Assembly: GCA_963812135.1 (NCBI GenBank)
Contig: CAWETU010000001.1
Span: 1,984,001-2,048,000, forward strand
Length of the DNA: 64,000 bases
Direction of reading: 5' to 3'
DNA from: Vulcanimicrobiota bacterium
GTDB lineage: Bacteria; Vulcanimicrobiota; Vulcanimicrobiia; Eremiobacterales; Eremiobacteraceae
Shown here piece after piece: positions 20,657 through 28,905 of this stretch (positions within the stretch are counted from its first letter, which is position 1; each line of letters opens with the position of its first letter). The notes under the pieces were generated by a model, which was not told the origin of the DNA, did not search any database, and saw only the letters and a program-made list of their open reading frames with translations. A program made the position numbers and the translations under genes.

Positions 20657-21799
20657 CTAACGGCCCGCTGTGCTCGTCTCAGGCGGCACCATGCAATAGG
20701 CCATCGGATGCGAATCCGACGCCTCCGCGCCCACCCCTTTCTTGCCGGTGGTCTTCCACACCAAGAACCCGGGCTCGCCCTCTTTGCGGTTGGGCGGCAG
20801 TCCGAGCTTGAGCAGGGTCTCGTCGATGCTGTTGTACCACGTGCCGACTTGCATGATGGCTCGGGCTTCTTCGTTGGTGGCGACCTTTCGGCCGTAGGCG
20901 TTCGCAAGGTTCGCCATCTGCTCCACTTGCTTGGCCGATTGGAATCGCTCGCCTTTGACGCGCCAGAGGTTGTCCTCGTTGCCCACGCGGACGTGGATGC
21001 CGAGCACGACCGCCATCGCGCACATCGGAATCACGCCGCGCATCGTGTTCTCCCAGCATAGCACCGAGCCTTGGGGCGAGCGGCGCAGGTACTCCATCCA
21101 ATCGAATGGGTTGCGCCCAGCGCATCCCCCGCCGATAGCGACGAGGCAGTGGTTGAGCGGACCCATATACAGACCCTGGCGGATCAGGCGCTCGACTATC
21201 TCGAGCTGGTGGATATGTCCGAGCATGAAATATGGCTGGATGCCGTTCGCGCGCAGCCGCTTGAGATGCTCGATGTAAAAGCCTGGTCCGGCGTCTGCCC
21301 AGAGTCCAACCCAGGCTTCACGCGCCTTCTCGTCATTTTCCAGGTGTGTACCCTTGATGTCGTCCGTGCTCCACATCTGAACGACGTCCATCATCCCCGT
21401 GCCGATCGCGATCGTCACTTGATCGGGCTTTGGGTTGAGCTCGGTGAGCATGTGGCGCGTGTCGTAGTCCAGCCATTTCGCCGCCGCATCGCCTTTGGGC
21501 GCGAACGAAATCGAGCCGCCGACCGACAGGATCATCTTCGGCACCGCCTGCTTGAGCATGCCGATGAACTCGTTGAACTGTTCGAAATCCTTGGACCCTC
21601 GCCCGGTCGCGGGATTGCGGACATGGATGTGCAGGTGCGTCGCGCCGGCATTTTGGCAATCGATGGCAGCCTGAACTTGCTCTTTCCAGGTCACGGGGAT
21701 GTCGGCATCGCCTGGGATCCACGCCGGGCCGTACGGCGCGGCCGTGATGATGAGCGGTTGCATGTTCTCCGGGTACAGAGAATCGTCGTTGAAATACAT
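20657..21799 (-). CDS. BKACE / 3-keto-5-aminohexanoate cleavage enzyme family (DUF849)
   Basis: LIITAAP, HIHVR, HVRVGNEDNL. Confidence 0.9.
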   Translation of the reverse strand: MYFNDDSLYPENMQPLIITAAPYGPAWIPGDADIPVTWKEQVQAAIDCQNAGATHLHIHVRNPATGRGSKDFEQFNEFIGMLKQAVPKMILSVGGSISFAPKGDAAAKWLDYDTRHMLTELNPKPDQVTIAIGTGMMDVVQMWSTDDIKGTHLENDEKAREAWVGLWADAGPGFYIEHLKRLRANGIQPYFMLGHIHQLEIVERLIRQGLYMGPLNHCLVAIGGGCAGRNPFDWMEYLRRSPQGSVLCWENTMRGVIPMCAMAVVLGIHVRVGNEDNLWRVKGERFQSAKQVEQMANLANAYGRKVATNEEARAIMQVGTWYNSIDETLLKLGLPPNRKEGEPGFLVWKTTGKKGVGAEASDSHPMAYCMVPPETSTAGR

Positions 21800-21870
21800 A
21801 CTCGACCTCTACCGTTCTGCGTTTCCGCGAAATCCGCGGTTCGCTGACTTTGCAGACGCTCGCGCGAGTC

Positions 21871-21972
21871 CCTACGGCTTTGCTTAATAGTAGTAGGCAG
21901 TTCGCGCGAACGCATCAACCTCTCTGGTTATGAAAAAAGCGCCGACCCCTTTGCGGGACCGGCGCGTTCTTC
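21871..21972 (-). repeat. Copy A of ~100-bp terminator+promoter module
   Basis: Homologous to 23488-23587; hairpin plus U6 at 21933-21965 on the minus strand; -10-like TACTAT. Confidence 0.75.
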
Positions 21973-21995
21973 TCGTCTTGATTTTCGACGTTCGG

Positions 21996-23432
21996 CTATC
22001 GCTTCTTGATCGGTGGCGGGTTCCATGATCCGTCGATCACTGATGGCGGGGTCGTGTTGGCCCAATAGAGGCGGAAGTCCGTGTAAAACGGGCCGCTCGG
22101 CGCGGGCAGCCAGTTGTTCACGTGCGTTTTTGGTTGCGTGTGTGAGATGTAGATGTCGGTCGAGCCGTCCGGGTTCACATCGAGCTTGGGTTCGCTGAGA
22201 CTGCCGACCTTGTACCGGTTCAGAGGATTCGGCACGAAATATCCGAGGCCTTGGTACATCGTCAGCGACCAGAAACCTTTGACCGGCGGAGTCTGTCCCT
22301 TCGCGAAGTGGATCACGTAGTTGTTCGCGCCGGACATCGGCTTGCCGTCTGCATCAACTTTGGCGATCGGATATACGGCGTCTTGTGGGATGTTGGCACC
22401 AAGGCCGATGAGCGCGTAGTATGCGCGCCGCACATAGTGCGTACCGTATGACCCGCCGCCGGTGGAGATAAGCCAGCCGTTCGTTTCGCGGGCGCCGACG
22501 GCAGCCGGCGTAGCTGCGTCCGATATTTCCTTCTGTCCGTTCTTCACAACCGCTTTCATCGCGTTCGCGACGATCGGGTCGGCCTTGCTGAGGTCGAACG
22601 GCTTGCCCGGCACGATGCCAAGCGTGGCTAGCTCGGCTACCATCGGCGCGTTGTCGGCAGGCGGAGGATACTTGCCCATAAGCGCCGCTAGCCTGGAGAA
22701 GAATGCTTGCGCACTCATGGCGGCGATCTGCGCGGGCGGCGGCGTTTTCATGTCGATCGAGGAGCTCACAGACGTGTTCACCGGCGGCGCGTAGCTCTTG
22801 CCCCATTGCGAAAGCGGCGTTAGCGAGAGCTGCGCTTGCAGCTTGTGGACGTTTGCGTAGTCGCTCGGGCCGTAGCACGCGATGCGACCGATGATCCATA
22901 TGGACGAAGTCGGCGCTTGGATCTTGGTCAGCCCCGCCGGAAGAGTATCGCTCCAGCCCGGCCCGACAAGCGCGAAATCTCCACCCTTCTCGTATCCTGT
23001 TCTCGTGCCGGGCGACTGAAAGACGTTCGTCCACATGTCTAACATGGGCATCAGGAAGTATCGGTTCCCCAAATCAGGTACGTGGAAGACGATCGGCTCT
23101 TTTGTCAGATCGACGAACGCCGCTGAATAAAGTGTGTCGGCGTTCGGCGCCACGACCGCGTGATTGTCAGGCAGTGGGAACTCGGGGACGTTCGAAAACT
23201 GGTTGATAGGCGCTGGAAAGAACGTCGTGGGCTTGGGCACATTTGTGGCCTGCTCTTTGGTCACGTCCACAAGCACAAGCGGGAAGCCGTAGACATACGC
23301 ATCGAGGGCTGCCTTGTTCGCTGCATCCTGAGTCATCGCCGCGCTGACCGGAACCGCGGCGGTGAGCGACGCGATCAAGACGCCCGTCGCCGCAATCGCA
23401 GCCATGCGCGCATATATTCTTAGATGGAACAT
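21996..23432 (-). CDS. DUF1254/DUF1214 secreted protein
   Basis: Signal peptide, AYVYGFP, APNADTLYS, GFWSLTMY, NWLPAP; SD AGGAG. Confidence 0.9.
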   Translation of the reverse strand: MFHLRIYARMAAIAATGVLIASLTAAVPVSAAMTQDAANKAALDAYVYGFPLVLVDVTKEQATNVPKPTTFFPAPINQFSNVPEFPLPDNHAVVAPNADTLYSAAFVDLTKEPIVFHVPDLGNRYFLMPMLDMWTNVFQSPGTRTGYEKGGDFALVGPGWSDTLPAGLTKIQAPTSSIWIIGRIACYGPSDYANVHKLQAQLSLTPLSQWGKSYAPPVNTSVSSSIDMKTPPPAQIAAMSAQAFFSRLAALMGKYPPPADNAPMVAELATLGIVPGKPFDLSKADPIVANAMKAVVKNGQKEISDAATPAAVGARETNGWLISTGGGSYGTHYVRRAYYALIGLGANIPQDAVYPIAKVDADGKPMSGANNYVIHFAKGQTPPVKGFWSLTMYQGLGYFVPNPLNRYKVGSLSEPKLDVNPDGSTDIYISHTQPKTHVNNWLPAPSGPFYTDFRLYWANTTPPSVIDGSWNPPPIKKR

Positions 23433-23487
23433 TTTTAGCCGTCTCCTTTGCACAAGTCCACAGCGCTTGGCAGCCGCAAGGCTAGGT

Positions 23488-23587
23488 CCTCCCGCTTTCG
23501 CTTAATCGTACCAGGCAGCTCGCGCGTACGCCTCGGTTTGCATCTATGACAAAAGCGCCGACCCATTGGTGGATCAGCGCTTCCTCT
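23488..23587 (-). repeat. Copy B of ~100-bp terminator+promoter module (directly after tRNA-Asn)
   Basis: Shares AAAAGCGCCGACCC and GCTTAAT.GTA..AGGCAG.TCGCGCG.ACGC.TC with copy A. Confidence 0.75.
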
Positions 23588-23663
23588 TGGCTCCCCGAGT
23601 TGGACTCGAACCAACGACATTCTGATTAACAGTCAGACGCTCTACCAGCTGAGCTATCGGGGA
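23588..23663 (-). tRNA. tRNA-Asn(GTT)
   Basis: 76 nt, TCCCCGA...TCGGGGAG-CCA; anticodon loop CT-GTT-AA; GGTTCGAGTCC T-arm. Confidence 0.97.
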
Positions 23664-23750
23664 AAGCTGGGTAATGCCCGGGCTCGGGACAACTCCAGCA
23701 TTATAGCAAACAGGCCTCTGACCTTCAAGCCTGGGCGACTCCTCGTGCAC

Positions 23751-23800
23751 GGTCGAATAAATTCGACCGCTACATGAGGTCGAATAAATTCGACCGCTAC
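23751..23800 (-). repeat. Two tandem GTAG-type REP copies (23751-23773, 23778-23800)
   Basis: Both read GTAGCGGTCGAATTTATTCGACC on the minus strand. Confidence 0.9.
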
Positions 23801-23802
23801 CT

Positions 23803-26112
23803 TTATCTACCGCGGAAGCCGCCGCCACCGCCACCACGGTAGCCGCCGCCGCTGAAGCCGCTGAAGCCGCTCGAGCCCGCGCCGCGCGCGCTGTAGTCGC
23901 GATTGAGACTGCTCATCGTCGACGAGGACATCGACTGCGGATGGTAGCCGGATGTGCCTGCACCGGTGTAGTTCGGATGGCTGAAGCCGCCGGACGATCC
24001 GGAGGGTGGATGATATGCCGACGAAGACGTTGTCGTGGGATGATACTGCGATGTCGAGGTCGTCGACGGATGCGAGACGTTCGACCAGCTGTTGCTGCTG
24101 CCGTTGTACTTCTGCCACGAGCCGTTCTGGTTGCTGTACACGTTGCCGTCGTGGCCTGCGTACACGTCGCCATTCGAGCCTTTCGCGACGGCCGTGTTGC
24201 CGTGGGCCGTCGAGCTCGCGGCTATCGAGCCGTTCGCGGTGGTCGCATGGCCCGAATAGGCGTTCCCATACGGCGTCGAAACCGCGCTGTGGCCCCACGA
24301 ACCATACGGATTGCTATGCTGCACCGTCGCGCCGCCCACGCCGTAGCGCGGATTGTAGAACGAGCCGCCGGCCACGCTGCCGTTCGGCCCGTACGCCGCG
24401 GCGCCGCGCGCGTACGTTCCCGTCGCCGGGTTGTACGCGGCTCCTGCGCTGTAACCGCCGTATGGTCCGTAGGCAGAAGCGTAGTGACCGTACGCGCCGT
24501 ACGCGGAGTTGTAATACATGCCATACGTGCCGGCGTACGGGTAATAGATCGGTAGCGCGCCTGGGAAATATGCAGGCGGCCAATAGTACCCTGTGCCGTA
24601 CATGTACGAGCCGCCCCACCAGTAACTGCCGAGATAGCCCGCGGTGAATCCGAACAGCAGCGGCGCCGCAACGTTGTAGGTCGTGGCCGTCGACGTCTCC
24701 TCGACGACGTTGACCGCCGTGCCCTGATTATCGTAGATGGCCACGAACGTGTCTTGGTACAGCGGTGAATTCGGCGGAATCGTGTAGATCACGTGCGGCA
24801 CGCTGGCAGCGACCGACCATGGCCCCGTCGGCGCGCTCGCGGTGAACCACACGCCGTTGTAGCAAGCGTAATATGATGAATCGCTCACCTTGATGACGTC
24901 ATAGGACGTGTTGGTCGCGTACTGCAGCGCCGTGCCTTGGATCGGCGCGAACTGCGGCGCGCCGGGAGCGTACGCGACGTTGATATGCGTGCTCGCCGGA
25001 TCGACTTGTGCGATCTGCGGTGCGGCCGCGGCTGCGCCCGCGTATTGCGACACAGGCGTGTTGGGCACCGAGACCAGCACGCGACCGCGCGGGCTATTCA
25101 CGGGTATCTTCGAAAAGTCCGCAGGGAGGCTGTTGGTGGCGAAGGTCCACGGGCCGTTCAGACTTGCCGAGCTGAACCAGCGGCCGGACAAGAGCACATA
25201 CCATTGCTGCGTCGGACCGTATTGGAACAGATCATTGTCGGAGTTGCTCACGTACTGAAGCTTCGTCCCCGCGATCGCCGCGAGTTTCGGCGCTCCGTCG
25301 ATGAGGATCATGTCCGCGGGTTTGGTGGCGGCGAACACAACGGGCGCCTGCGCCGGACTCATCATCGGCGCGTTGAGATGGTCGCGGATATCGGAGAAGT
25401 TCGCATCGTTCGGGATCTGCGAGAAGCTGCCCGGCGTGGCGACGGGTGCCCACGGCCCTTGCGGCGAGGTGGACGCGATCCAGTAATCGCCGTCCAGCAG
25501 ATAATATTTCGCGCCGTCGTAGATGACGTTCCAGTTGGTGTTAACGGCGTATTTGAGGTTCGTGCCTTGGATTGGCGCGAGGATCGGGTCCCCGTTGAAC
25601 ACGACGAGAATCGCCGGTTTCTCGCTTTCGAAGATCGGCGGCGGATCCGTGTTCAAGGGCTGCGACCTGGGCAACGCCTTTGCCGCATCCATGCTGGCAA
25701 GCACGCTCGCCAACGGTATAGTCTTATTGGTGAACTGCACGGTGCTGCGAACGAGTCCGTCGAGTTTGCTCGACGTCGCTTGGTTCTGGTCCGGCCAATG
25801 CGTCACCAGCACTTTGGCGTTCGTGATCTGCACCGTCCCGGCGTTGAAATCCGCCGCAGTGAACGCGGTGAACGTCGCCGTGCCATATGTCGGACCCGCA
25901 GCGCCGCTCGGCGTGATCGCGACCGCTGCGATGCCGTCGAGCACCGTGTAATTGTTCCATGACTTGACCTGCGGCTGATAGACGACGACCTTCGCGGCAG
26001 ATCCTTGGTACGTGTGCGGCCATGAGGGAGCCGTCACGCCGGCGGCGAGGACTGGCAATCGCGCGGCGCAGAGCGCGCCCGCGACGAGGATGACCGCGGC
26101 GACCTTACGCAT
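23803..26112 (-). CDS. Large secreted protein with three internal repeats and a Tyr/Gly/Ser-rich C-terminus
   Basis: Signal peptide; three P..A.I.GT.L.Y..N...W.....GPW modules; low-complexity tail. Confidence 0.8.
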   Translation of the reverse strand: MRKVAAVILVAGALCAARLPVLAAGVTAPSWPHTYQGSAAKVVVYQPQVKSWNNYTVLDGIAAVAITPSGAAGPTYGTATFTAFTAADFNAGTVQITNAKVLVTHWPDQNQATSSKLDGLVRSTVQFTNKTIPLASVLASMDAAKALPRSQPLNTDPPPIFESEKPAILVVFNGDPILAPIQGTNLKYAVNTNWNVIYDGAKYYLLDGDYWIASTSPQGPWAPVATPGSFSQIPNDANFSDIRDHLNAPMMSPAQAPVVFAATKPADMILIDGAPKLAAIAGTKLQYVSNSDNDLFQYGPTQQWYVLLSGRWFSSASLNGPWTFATNSLPADFSKIPVNSPRGRVLVSVPNTPVSQYAGAAAAAPQIAQVDPASTHINVAYAPGAPQFAPIQGTALQYATNTSYDVIKVSDSSYYACYNGVWFTASAPTGPWSVAASVPHVIYTIPPNSPLYQDTFVAIYDNQGTAVNVVEETSTATTYNVAAPLLFGFTAGYLGSYWWGGSYMYGTGYYWPPAYFPGALPIYYPYAGTYGMYYNSAYGAYGHYASAYGPYGGYSAGAAYNPATGTYARGAAAYGPNGSVAGGSFYNPRYGVGGATVQHSNPYGSWGHSAVSTPYGNAYSGHATTANGSIAASSTAHGNTAVAKGSNGDVYAGHDGNVYSNQNGSWQKYNGSSNSWSNVSHPSTTSTSQYHPTTTSSSAYHPPSGSSGGFSHPNYTGAGTSGYHPQSMSSSTMSSLNRDYSARGAGSSGFSGFSGGGYRGGGGGGFRGR

Positions 26113-26134
26113 TTTTTTCTCCATCGATTCTAGC

Positions 26135-27067
26135 CTATCGGCCTGCATATGTCCGCTTGACCGGGAACAGGAAACTCATCACGATCTTCAATTGCGTGCT
26201 GGGTGCGCCGTTCGGCCGTACGACATTGCTATAGTATTGCGCCCCAAGCTGCATCGGCGTCGTCGCGAGCCTGAACGTCTTGGTCAAGCCAAAACCAACC
26301 GGTACGGTCCAAGCCTGGCCCGGCGTTGCCGCGAAGTTCGCGGTGATGTTCGGCGCGGTCGAAAGCGTCCAGCCTTTCCCGAAGTTGAAGTTGACGAACG
26401 GCTGGATCAGCATCGAGTTGAGGGCGGGATTCGTCGGGCTCGATCCGCCGATGCTCCACATCTGCGTGACGAGCGCGCCCATGACAAAGTTGCCTGGCAT
26501 GATCAGCCCGACGGCGTCGACACCGGCGCCGGTCTGATGCGATCCAACCGGTCCGAGGTTCGGTGACGCGGTCGCGAACTGGAAGAGCGGTCCTGCGCCC
26601 CACGTAACGGTCGCCGGCTTCGCGGGTGTGAAGTACACCTGCTGTTGGATATCGCCGAATCCGGTCAGTGTTGGACAGCCGATCGTGGAATTACACTGCG
26701 ATGGGGGGAGCGAAGAGGGCAGGTCGATGATCGGCACGATCGTGCGCGAGATGACATTCCACTGTTTGCTCAACGCGATCGGGATGACAGGCTGGATATT
26801 CACGACCGTCTGCGTGCGCTGATACGGGCCCTGGCCATAGTAGAAGTTGGCCTGGATCGGCAGCACGCCCAGATTGCCGACCGGGTTTTGCGATTGCTTG
26901 ATGAGCGCTTTTGCGGCAGCCTCGGCGGCTGCCGCGTCAGCTGCTGAAGGCGCCCCCGCGGCGGGCGCCGGGCTCGGTGGAGTCGGCGGCGTGGCGTCGG
27001 CAAGCCCCGCCAACGGTGTGAGCGTGATGAGCGTCGCGACCACACTAGCCAGCCAGTGATTTTTCAT
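26135..27067 (-). CDS. Putative outer-membrane protein (family often labelled 'neuromedin U' in bacterial annotations)
   Basis: Signal peptide, QNPVGNL, NIQPVIP, WNVISRTIVP, WGAGP, QPFVNFNF. Confidence 0.7.
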   Translation of the reverse strand: MKNHWLASVVATLITLTPLAGLADATPPTPPSPAPAAGAPSAADAAAAEAAAKALIKQSQNPVGNLGVLPIQANFYYGQGPYQRTQTVVNIQPVIPIALSKQWNVISRTIVPIIDLPSSLPPSQCNSTIGCPTLTGFGDIQQQVYFTPAKPATVTWGAGPLFQFATASPNLGPVGSHQTGAGVDAVGLIMPGNFVMGALVTQMWSIGGSSPTNPALNSMLIQPFVNFNFGKGWTLSTAPNITANFAATPGQAWTVPVGFGLTKTFRLATTPMQLGAQYYSNVVRPNGAPSTQLKIVMSFLFPVKRTYAGR

Positions 27068-27074
27068 ACGCGCC

Positions 27075-27938
27075 TCAGAGCTTGAACGTGTACCCGAGCG
27101 CAGGCCCGCCCAAGTTGAGGTTGTGGATCAATTTCGATCCGCCCTGATCGTAGTACAGGTTGCGGTATACCAATGTGATCGCGGTATGCTTAGTCCCATA
27201 GCCGATGCCGCCGACACCCTGCCACGTCAACGGTGCGTCGCCGGTGCCAACGTCGGCATAATACGGTATGAACCAATGTCCGTCACTGCCGAGCGCGTAT
27301 TTCCCCTTCACGCCGATGATGGCGTCCCAGATGCTCGCGCTTTCGAAGTGGCTTCCGGACTGGCTTAGAATTCCGAGCGGACCAGAGAAATTCCAATTGA
27401 CGCTAATCGGTGCATACATGTAACGACCGCCTGCAAGCGCTTCGATGTTAGTGTGTGCGCTATGCCCGAGGTTAAACGTTCCGGCGAGCGTCCACAGCGT
27501 CGAAGCAAATCTGACCTGCGCATTGGTGTTGATGGGGATCATGACACGTCCGCCGGGACCGCTTATCGTCGTCACGCCCGCATTATCGATACCAAGATTC
27601 AGATAGATCAGGTCCGTCGCAACGCCCCATGTTCGGTTGTGCGTTTCGGCGGTGAACATGAACGCGGAGTCAAGCTTCGGCACGAACTGGCTCGGCGTGA
27701 CCGTGAAACCGGCTGCCGGTCCGGTGCCCTGCGGACCGGTCGGCACGGTGAAGTTCAGCTCACCGTGGATCGTCGGCGCCCAGATGTAGGGCGTGATGCT
27801 GGATTCCCATTGATCGGGCGCGGCCGTCGTATCGGCCTTGACCTGCGTGGCTAGCGTGAGCCCGAAGGCTCCAATGATAAAGGCGCAACAGAGCGCACTA
27901 ACGCGGCGAGTCGCCGCGACATTGTGTAATCTCGGCAA
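27075..27938 (-). CDS. Putative outer-membrane beta-barrel protein
   Basis: Signal peptide, ITPYIW, DAIIGVKG, GPALGYTFKL terminal strand. Confidence 0.7.
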   Translation of the reverse strand: MPRLHNVAATRRVSALCCAFIIGAFGLTLATQVKADTTAAPDQWESSITPYIWAPTIHGELNFTVPTGPQGTGPAAGFTVTPSQFVPKLDSAFMFTAETHNRTWGVATDLIYLNLGIDNAGVTTISGPGGRVMIPINTNAQVRFASTLWTLAGTFNLGHSAHTNIEALAGGRYMYAPISVNWNFSGPLGILSQSGSHFESASIWDAIIGVKGKYALGSDGHWFIPYYADVGTGDAPLTWQGVGGIGYGTKHTAITLVYRNLYYDQGGSKLIHNLNLGGPALGYTFKL

Positions 27939-28104
27939 GGAAACAACCCCCTCTTCAGCTATGGGTTTCTATTTGCGCGTGGCGGCGCGATTTCTCTGCT
28001 AATCCGCTAATACTACGTGGCACTTAATACATGACTTGCAAAGCACACGCGAACTCCGAACATTTGGGGGCAGGCGGTCACTATGCGGTAGGGAAGCCGC
28101 ACAG

Positions 28105-28416
28105 GTGGCTATCCGGAAGCGTGCGACTTCTAAGAAGCGCGATTTGAACGGGTCAGCGGGCCGGGGGACGCCGCGGCTTCCTGTTGTCGAGAGCACACCG
28201 ATAGCGCCCGAGGGCCGCTCCAAATACTCCACCATCTCACACACGCTGCCGCTCGATCTCGTCGATCACTTGCGTGCGTTCGCCCACTACCAGCGCGTGA
28301 GCGCCAGCTCGGTCATGGAATTCGCTCTGCGGAATCTTTTCAGCAGACGGGACGATTCTCGACTCGGCGCCGCCATGCGGCGCGAAGGCGCCGGCCCCCG
28401 CAGAAAACGCTCGTAA
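28105..28416 (+). CDS. Small ribbon-helix-helix-like protein (paralog 1)
   Basis: TISHTL strand followed by helices LRAFA..QRVSASSVMEFAL; start codon uncertain. Confidence 0.55.
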   Translation: MAIRKRATSKKRDLNGSAGRGTPRLPVVESTPIAPEGRSKYSTISHTLPLDLVDHLRAFAHYQRVSASSVMEFALRNLFSRRDDSRLGAAMRREGAGPRRKRS

Positions 28417-28609
28417 CCCGGACTAGAGTTCAAAAGCGCTGAGCACAGCCCTGATTTGTGCTTACTGCTACTTGTTGCCCCACATCTTCCCAGAACCTTC
28501 GCGCTCGCCGAAAACGTCGCTGTTAGTATGCCGAGGGAAAGCTGCCAAATGCCGCAAGCGCCGTCGTACAGGGCCAGGCGGGCGTCTTCCCAACAACTAA
28601 TAGCAGGCA

Positions 28610-28627
28610 ACTACCATTTATGGTAGT
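28610..28627. promoter_or_regulatory. Candidate operator palindrome
   Basis: ACTACCAT-tt-ATGGTAGT just upstream of the second RHH-like gene. Confidence 0.4.
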
Positions 28628-28647
28628 ATCCACTTGTGGAGGGCGGG

Positions 28648-28899
28648 TTGATCATCGGACAAACAAAAGTGTCCACGAACGGCCGCAAGGGCCATACGGA
28701 CGCATACAAGCCCCAGATAAAGTTATCCGTCAACGTGTCTGCCGACCAAGGCGAGCGTCTTCGTACTTTGGCCTTCGAGCAACGCGTCAGCGAGAGTTCG
28801 ATCGTTCAGGTAGCGCTGCACCTCTTCTTCGGGCAAGGAGAGGATGCACAGTTGGGTGCCACGTTGCGCGCGCACGGCGCGACGCTTCGACGCAAATAG
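28648..28899 (+). CDS. Small ribbon-helix-helix-like protein (paralog 2)
   Basis: KLSVNV strand, LRTLA..QRVSESSIVQVAL; GGAGG before TTG. Confidence 0.6.
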   Translation: MIIGQTKVSTNGRKGHTDAYKPQIKLSVNVSADQGERLRTLAFEQRVSESSIVQVALHLFFGQGEDAQLGATLRAHGATLRRK

Positions 28900-28905
28900 C
28901 TTAAG

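Noticed and set aside
23588..23663. tRNA-Asn as the attachment site of an integrated element
   Set aside because: No integrase and no duplicated tRNA 3' end was found in the window.
23751..23800. Tandem 23-nt repeats as a CRISPR array
   Set aside because: Only two copies with a 4-nt gap, no cas genes, and the same motif is dispersed as a REP.
23574..23837. 87-aa ORF with repeated SGRIYST
   Set aside because: It is a translation of the REP tandem and tRNA-Asn, not a credible gene.
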